A stretch of 64,000 bases of DNA from Alphaproteobacteria bacterium (GTDB lineage: Bacteria; Pseudomonadota; Alphaproteobacteria; UBA828), in NCBI GenBank assembly GCA_965243375.1, contig CBDEUT010000008.1, positions 787,111 through 851,110 on the forward strand. The letters run 5' to 3'. The position numbers were made by a program, and so were the translations under genes. Shown in pieces: positions 59,074 through 64,000 of this stretch; the first letter of the stretch is position 1, and each line of letters opens with the position of its first letter. Below the pieces are notes generated by a model. That model searched no databases and was not told the DNA's origin. It worked only from the letters and a program-made list of their open reading frames with translations.

Positions 59074-59755
59074 GAGCGATCAGTCGGTGGTGCTGGATGA
59101 CGTGCACCTCACCCTGACCAGCAAGGCCGGCCCCGTCAACATCCTGCGGGGCGTGTCGCTCACCGCCGAACGGGGCCAGAGCATCGCCGTGCTCGGGCCG
59201 TCGGGCGCCGGCAAGTCGACCCTGCTCGCGATCATAGCGGGCCTGGAGCGGGCGGACCGGGGCCGCGTCGTCGTGAGCGGCACCGAGATCGGCGGCCTGG
59301 GCGAGAGCGATCTCGCCGCCTTCAGGCGCAGCGCCGTCGGCATCGTGTTCCAGGCCTTCCACCTGATCCCGACCATGACGGCACTGGAGAACGTCGCGCT
59401 CCCCCTGGAGCTCGGCACCCACGGCGATCCCTTCGGCGCAGCAAAGGAGGCGCTGGAGAGCGTCGGCCTCGGCGAGCGCGTGCAGCACTACCCGAGCCAA
59501 CTCTCCGGCGGCGAGCAGCAGCGGGTGGCGCTCGCCCGGGCCTTCGTGCCGCAGCCCGACGTGCTGCTCGCCGACGAGCCCACCGGCAACCTCGACGGCG
59601 AGACCGGGGACGCGGTGATGGGCGAGCTCTTCCGCATGCGCGCTGTAGGGGGCTCGACGCTGATCCTGGTCACCCACGATCATACGCTCGCCGGGCAGTG
59701 CGACCGCATGGTGCACATCGCCGACGGGCGGATCGTGGCGCCCGCCGAGGCCTGA
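59072..59755 (+). CDS. ABC transporter ATP-binding protein (YbbA/LolD-like), divergent from the tesA-like gene
   Basis: GPSGAGKST, LSGGEQQRVALARA and LLADEPTGNLD. Confidence 0.85.
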   Translation: MSDQSVVLDDVHLTLTSKAGPVNILRGVSLTAERGQSIAVLGPSGAGKSTLLAIIAGLERADRGRVVVSGTEIGGLGESDLAAFRRSAVGIVFQAFHLIPTMTALENVALPLELGTHGDPFGAAKEALESVGLGERVQHYPSQLSGGEQQRVALARAFVPQPDVLLADEPTGNLDGETGDAVMGELFRMRAVGGSTLILVTHDHTLAGQCDRMVHIADGRIVAPAEA

Positions 59756-59761
59756 TCCCCG

Positions 59762-62284
59762 ATGGCGTTGCCTCGTCAGGCGCCGGCCTCGTGGCGCATC
59801 GCCCGGCGCGAGCTTCGCGGCGGCGTGCGCGGCTTTCGCGTCTTCCTCGCCTGCCTGATTCTGGGCGTCGGCATCACCGCCGCCGTCGGCTCGCTCAGCG
59901 AGGCGCTCAAGACCGGTCTCGCCCGAGACGCCCGCATGATCCTCGGCGGCGACATCGAGCTGATGCAGTTCTCCCAGCCCCTCGCGGGCGAGGAGATGGC
60001 CTGGCTCGAGGCGAACACCGCCGCGCTCTCGCATGTCGTCACCATGCGCAGCATGGCCCGCGACGAGGACGGCGCGCACCGCTCGCTGGTCGAGCTCAAG
60101 GCGGTGGACGGCGCCTATCCGCTGGTCGACCGCGCGCGTCTGGAGGACGGCACGGCGCTCGCGGACGCGCTCGCCAGCGGCGGCGCCGCGGTCGAGAAGG
60201 GATTGCTCGACCGCCTCGGCATCGGCATCGGCGACAGGGTCCGGATCGGCGCGGCACTCCTGACCGTGCGCGGCGTGCTCGTTCGCGAACCCGACCGGAT
60301 CACCGGCGGCATCGCGCTCGGCCCCCGCCTGATGTTGGATCATGCGTCGCTGCAGGAGACGCAACTGGTGCAGCCGGGTACCCTGGTGCGGCACCGCTAC
60401 CGCGCGCTCGTGCCCGAGGGCACGGACATCCCCGGCTGGGTGGCGGGCCTTGAGACGGCGTTTCCCGCTGCCGTCTGGCGGCTGCGCGACACCCGCGACG
60501 CCAACCCGTCGCTCCGGCGCCAACTGGACCGGGTCGGGCTGTTCCTCACGCTCGCGGGCCTCGCCGCCCTGCTGGTGGGCGGCATCGGCGTCGCCAGCGC
60601 CGTCTCGAGCCACCTGCACGGCAAGCTGCACACCATCGCGGCGCTCAAGTGCGTCGGCGCCACGCAAGCCACCGTGCAGCGCGCCTTCCTGCTGCAGCTT
60701 GGCGTGCTCGGGCTCGGGGCCATCGCGGTGGGGCTGATCCTCGGCGCTGCGGCGCCGCCCGTCCTCTCCGCCCTCTTCGGCGACACGCTGCCGATACCGC
60801 TGGCGGGTGTCATCCACGGATGGCCGCTCGCCCTCGCCGCGGCCTACGGCGCGCTCACCATGCTCGCCTTCTCGCTCTGGCCGCTCGGACGCGCCGCCCG
60901 GACCCGGCCCGGTGTGCTCTTTCGCGGCGCCGCCGCGCCGGCCTCGGGCTGGCCGCCTCCCGCCGCGATCGCGGGCACGGCGCTGGCCGCGCTGGCGCTT
61001 GCCGGCATCGCCGTCGGCACCGCGCCACGCATGAGCATAGCGCTGGGCTTCGTGCTGGGCGCGCCGGTGGCGCTTGCGATCTTCCGAGCCGCTGCGGCCC
61101 TGGTGGTCGTCCTGGCGCGGCGCACGCGCCCCCGGCGCCTCCCTGCGCTCAGGCTCGGCTTCGCCAATCTGGCGCGGCCGGGGGCGCCCACGGTGCCCGT
61201 CGCGATGTCCTTGGGCACGGGCCTTGCGGTCCTGGTCTCGATTGCGCTGGTCGAGGGCAATCTCGGCGCGATGATCAGCGAGCAGCGCAACGACGAGCGG
61301 CCGGCGTTCTTCTTCCTCGACATCCAGAAGCAGCAGATCGCGCCGTTCGAGCGGCTGATCGAACAGACTGCGGGCGTCGAAGGCCTCCGCCGGGTGCCGA
61401 TGCTGCGCGGCCGAGTCGTCCGCATCGACGGCGTCCCGGTGCGCGACGCCAAGGTCGCGCCGGGCTCGGAATGGGTGGTGCAGAGCGATATCGGCCTCAG
61501 CTACGCCGCGGAGGCGCCGCCCAATGCGGAGATCGTCGCGGGCGAATGGTGGCCCGCCGACTACGACGGCCCGCCGCTGGTCTCGCTTGCGGAGGAGGAG
61601 GCGCTCGATTTCGGGCTGGACATCGGGGACACCTTCTCGGTCAACGTGCTCGGGCGCGACTTCACGGCCGAGGTTGCGAGCCTGCGCCGGGTGGACTGGA
61701 CGGCCTTCGATATCAACTTCGTCGTGATATTCTCGCCCGGAGTCCTGGAGGGAGCGCCGCAGACGCAGCTCGCCACCGCGCACGCGACACCGGAGGCGGA
61801 ACCCGTGCTCGAGCGCGCGGTGACGGAGCGCTTCGCCAACATCACGGCGATCCCCATACGCGCGATCATCGAGGCCTTGGACGAGCTCATGGGACGCATC
61901 GGCGCGGCGATCCAGGCGGTGGCCGGACTGACGGTGGCCGCGGGCCTGCTGGTGCTGGCAGGCGCGACCGCCGCGGGCCACGAGCGGCGCGTCCACGATG
62001 CCGTGGTCTTCAAGGTGCTGGGTGCGAGGCGCGGCGACCTGCTGCGCGCCTTCCTCGCCGAGCACATCCTGCTCGGCTGCGCCATCGCCGGGCTTGCCAT
62101 CGGCATCGGCACGCTCGCCGCCTGGGCCTTCGTAACGCAAGTGCTCGACCTGCAATGGCGCTTCCTGCCCGAGTATGTGGCCGTCACCGCCGCAGCCTGT
62201 ATAACCATGACGCTCGTTCTCGGATTCGCGAGCACATGGCGCGCGCTCGGCCGCAAGGCCGCGCCCCTCCTGCGAGTGGAATAG
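59762..62284 (+). CDS. FtsX-family ABC permease (YbbP-like, two FtsX domains)
   Basis: 840 aa. Multiple TM clusters and the conserved FtsX C-terminal four-helix blocks. Confidence 0.85.
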   Translation: MALPRQAPASWRIARRELRGGVRGFRVFLACLILGVGITAAVGSLSEALKTGLARDARMILGGDIELMQFSQPLAGEEMAWLEANTAALSHVVTMRSMARDEDGAHRSLVELKAVDGAYPLVDRARLEDGTALADALASGGAAVEKGLLDRLGIGIGDRVRIGAALLTVRGVLVREPDRITGGIALGPRLMLDHASLQETQLVQPGTLVRHRYRALVPEGTDIPGWVAGLETAFPAAVWRLRDTRDANPSLRRQLDRVGLFLTLAGLAALLVGGIGVASAVSSHLHGKLHTIAALKCVGATQATVQRAFLLQLGVLGLGAIAVGLILGAAAPPVLSALFGDTLPIPLAGVIHGWPLALAAAYGALTMLAFSLWPLGRAARTRPGVLFRGAAAPASGWPPPAAIAGTALAALALAGIAVGTAPRMSIALGFVLGAPVALAIFRAAAALVVVLARRTRPRRLPALRLGFANLARPGAPTVPVAMSLGTGLAVLVSIALVEGNLGAMISEQRNDERPAFFFLDIQKQQIAPFERLIEQTAGVEGLRRVPMLRGRVVRIDGVPVRDAKVAPGSEWVVQSDIGLSYAAEAPPNAEIVAGEWWPADYDGPPLVSLAEEEALDFGLDIGDTFSVNVLGRDFTAEVASLRRVDWTAFDINFVVIFSPGVLEGAPQTQLATAHATPEAEPVLERAVTERFANITAIPIRAIIEALDELMGRIGAAIQAVAGLTVAAGLLVLAGATAAGHERRVHDAVVFKVLGARRGDLLRAFLAEHILLGCAIAGLAIGIGTLAAWAFVTQVLDLQWRFLPEYVAVTAAACITMTLVLGFASTWRALGRKAAPLLRVE

Positions 62285-63049
62285 ATGCACGGCCACGGAG
62301 CCCCCTCGCCGCCGAGGCTCAGGGTGTATGAAACGGTGGGTGAGGCCTTCCGACTCACCTTCCGCAATTTCCGCACCATGCTCGGGCTGGCGCTGGCGCC
62401 CATGGTGCTGGCGGTGCTGCTGCCGGCGGTGATGCGGCTCGACCTCGAGAGCATGGCCTCCGAAGAGCTGCTGGTCATCCACGCGCTCGCCCGGCTCTTC
62501 CTGCTCTCGGTGTTCGCGGTCGCCTGGCACCGCTACCTGCTGCTGGGGACGCGCGACACGGCCGTGCCGATCCAGTTCTGGCCGAGCATGCGGGACGTCA
62601 GGTATTTCGGCCGGCTCGTTCTCTTCCTGCTGCCGCAGGAGATCATCCTGGTTGCGATGCAGGCACAGGACCTGCTGCTGGTCCTGGTGCTGCTGCTGAT
62701 CACTCTCTTCGTCGCAGCACCCTTTGCGCTGGCCTTCCCGGCGACGGCGGTCGACAGCTACCAGGGTCTCCTTGCCTCCCGGCGCTTGCTGCGCGGCGCC
62801 ACGCTTCAGCTCGTGGGCGCGATCCTGCTCTCCTTCGTGGCGATTACGGTGCTCCTGTTCCTGCTCGGCGGCGTGCTGGGATCGTTGATCCTCGCCACGT
62901 TCGGCCCCGGCGCCATGGTGTCGTTCTTCAACGCTTTGACCTTCCTCACCGTCAGCATCCCGGTGGCGGTGGTCTCGGTCGCCTACCGCAAGCTGAGCGC
63001 CCAGGGACCCTCGCTCGGGACTCCGGCGGGCCCTCCGCCCGCGACCTGA
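62285..63049 (+). CDS. Hypothetical polytopic membrane protein
   Basis: 254 aa with about 6 hydrophobic helices. Starts directly after the ybbP-like stop. Confidence 0.5.
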   Translation: MHGHGAPSPPRLRVYETVGEAFRLTFRNFRTMLGLALAPMVLAVLLPAVMRLDLESMASEELLVIHALARLFLLSVFAVAWHRYLLLGTRDTAVPIQFWPSMRDVRYFGRLVLFLLPQEIILVAMQAQDLLLVLVLLLITLFVAAPFALAFPATAVDSYQGLLASRRLLRGATLQLVGAILLSFVAITVLLFLLGGVLGSLILATFGPGAMVSFFNALTFLTVSIPVAVVSVAYRKLSAQGPSLGTPAGPPPAT

Positions 63050-63169
63050 CATGCCGCTTGCAGGGCCGTTGCTGGAGAAATCGTAATTCGCCCAGGCGTT
63101 GAAAGTGGGCCGCAGGCTTCCTAATATAGACTACGAATCCGACAGTTTGCCGCACTAGAGGACGCTTCG

Positions 63170-63886
63170 ATGGCACTCGGGACGCAAGGCCGGCCGTTCG
63201 TCGGCACGACTCTGACTCAGGAACAGGTCGACCAGGGTCTCCGGAGCTACATGCTCCGGGTCTACAACTACATGGCCTCGGGCCTGGCTCTCACGGGCAT
63301 CACGGCCTACGTGATCGCCAATACCGGGCTCTTCAACGTGCTCTACGGCTCGGGCCTGGGCTTCGTGGTGATGTTGGCCCCGCTCGGCATCGTGTTCTTC
63401 CTGGGGATCAAGATCCAGAACATGAAGCACACCACGGCGCAGTGGTTGTTCTGGGCCTTCTCGATCCTGATGGGGGCCTCGCTCTCCTACATCTTCATGG
63501 CCTACACGGCGACCAGCATCGTCCGGGTGTTCTTCATCACCATGGGCATGTTCGGCGCGATGAGCCTTTACGGCTACACCACCAAGCGCTCTCTGGTCTC
63601 CTGGGGCTCGTTCCTGTTCATGGGCCTGATCGGCGTCATCATCGCGATGGTGGTGAACATCTTCCTGCAGTCGGGGTTGCTTCACTTCCTGATCTCGGTG
63701 ATCGGCGTGCTGGTGTTCCTCGGGCTCACTGCCTACGACACCCAGCGGATCAAGGACGTCTATCGCGAGACCGACGGCCAGGCGGTCATGGTGAAGAAGT
63801 CGGTGATGGGCGCGCTCTCGCTCTACCTCAACTTCATCAACATCTTCATCCTGCTGCTGCATCTCTTTGGCGCCGCACGCGAATAG
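63170..63886 (+). CDS. BAX inhibitor-1/YccA family membrane protein
   Basis: 238 aa, 7 TM helices, conserved N-terminal YMLRVYNYM. Family-typical. Confidence 0.85.
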   Translation: MALGTQGRPFVGTTLTQEQVDQGLRSYMLRVYNYMASGLALTGITAYVIANTGLFNVLYGSGLGFVVMLAPLGIVFFLGIKIQNMKHTTAQWLFWAFSILMGASLSYIFMAYTATSIVRVFFITMGMFGAMSLYGYTTKRSLVSWGSFLFMGLIGVIIAMVVNIFLQSGLLHFLISVIGVLVFLGLTAYDTQRIKDVYRETDGQAVMVKKSVMGALSLYLNFINIFILLLHLFGAARE

Positions 63887-64000
63887 CGGCGCGGCCGGAT
63901 AGGGACGGAGGGCACCGGGCCGCCAACGCCCGGTGCCCTTTTCGTTGAACGATGCTCGCGGCGTTCCAGCGCTCACTCACCTACTATCCCGACCGGACCC

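Noticed and set aside
58895-63052. 1385-aa minus-strand ORF
   Set aside because: Antisense to the ybbA/ybbP-like ABC genes. A highly charged repetitive R/G/E/D/H composition, a GC artefact.

Overview
This is a high-GC (~65-68%) window that looks alphaproteobacterial, probably a rhizobial or Rhodospirillales-like replicon. About 55 genes are packed on both strands and the region is accessory-like.

The main observations:
- Left edge: two different IS66-family insertion sequences sit about 700 bp apart. Copy A is partial (its left end is outside the window). Copy B is complete, with 21-bp perfect inverted repeats and an 8-bp target-site duplication. Each one truncates a catabolic gene: copy A cuts a glutamine-synthetase-like gene, and copy B cuts an Old-Yellow-Enzyme/FAD-type demethylase-like flavoprotein whose missing C-terminus can be stitched back in frame across the IS.
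- 7.6-22.0 kb: an amine catabolic/uptake island. It has a class III aminotransferase, an ABC binding protein, a CrtI-like flavoprotein, two dimethylglycine/sarcosine-dehydrogenase-family paralogs, a short-chain dehydrogenase, a choline-kinase-like phosphotransferase, two ABC permeases and an ATPase. No transcriptional regulator is present.
- 22.9-25.9 kb (the most unusual feature): a 2.9-kb cargo-less integrative element encoding only two tandem, 14-bp-overlapping paralogous P4-type tyrosine integrases. It is inserted inside a second choline-kinase-like gene, flanked by a 12-bp direct repeat, and the kinase reading frame continues exactly across the repeat.
- Downstream: a GMC oxidoreductase with a small subunit and an Fe-S subunit, an omega-aminotransferase, a two-domain PPK2, a HicAB-like pair, TcuA/HIBADH/RraA-like genes, an amidase, a FIST protein, a kinase plus phospho-lyase-like aminotransferase pair, DegP, a histone-deacetylase-family gene and bolA.
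- ~50-52.4 kb: a soluble diiron monooxygenase operon carrying only tmoABCD (alpha, gamma, Rieske ferredoxin, effector). The beta-subunit and reductase genes are missing. Two hairpins with an identical CTTGA loop sit at the apparent deletion scar.
- 53493-53646: seven direct tandem 19-bp repeats (GGTGGGATTCGACGGGACA) with no spacers (iteron-like, not a CRISPR), in the promoter region of a GDPD gene.
- Remaining genes are housekeeping-like: a split transketolase, a tesA-ybbA-ybbP-type locus and a BAX-inhibitor-family gene.
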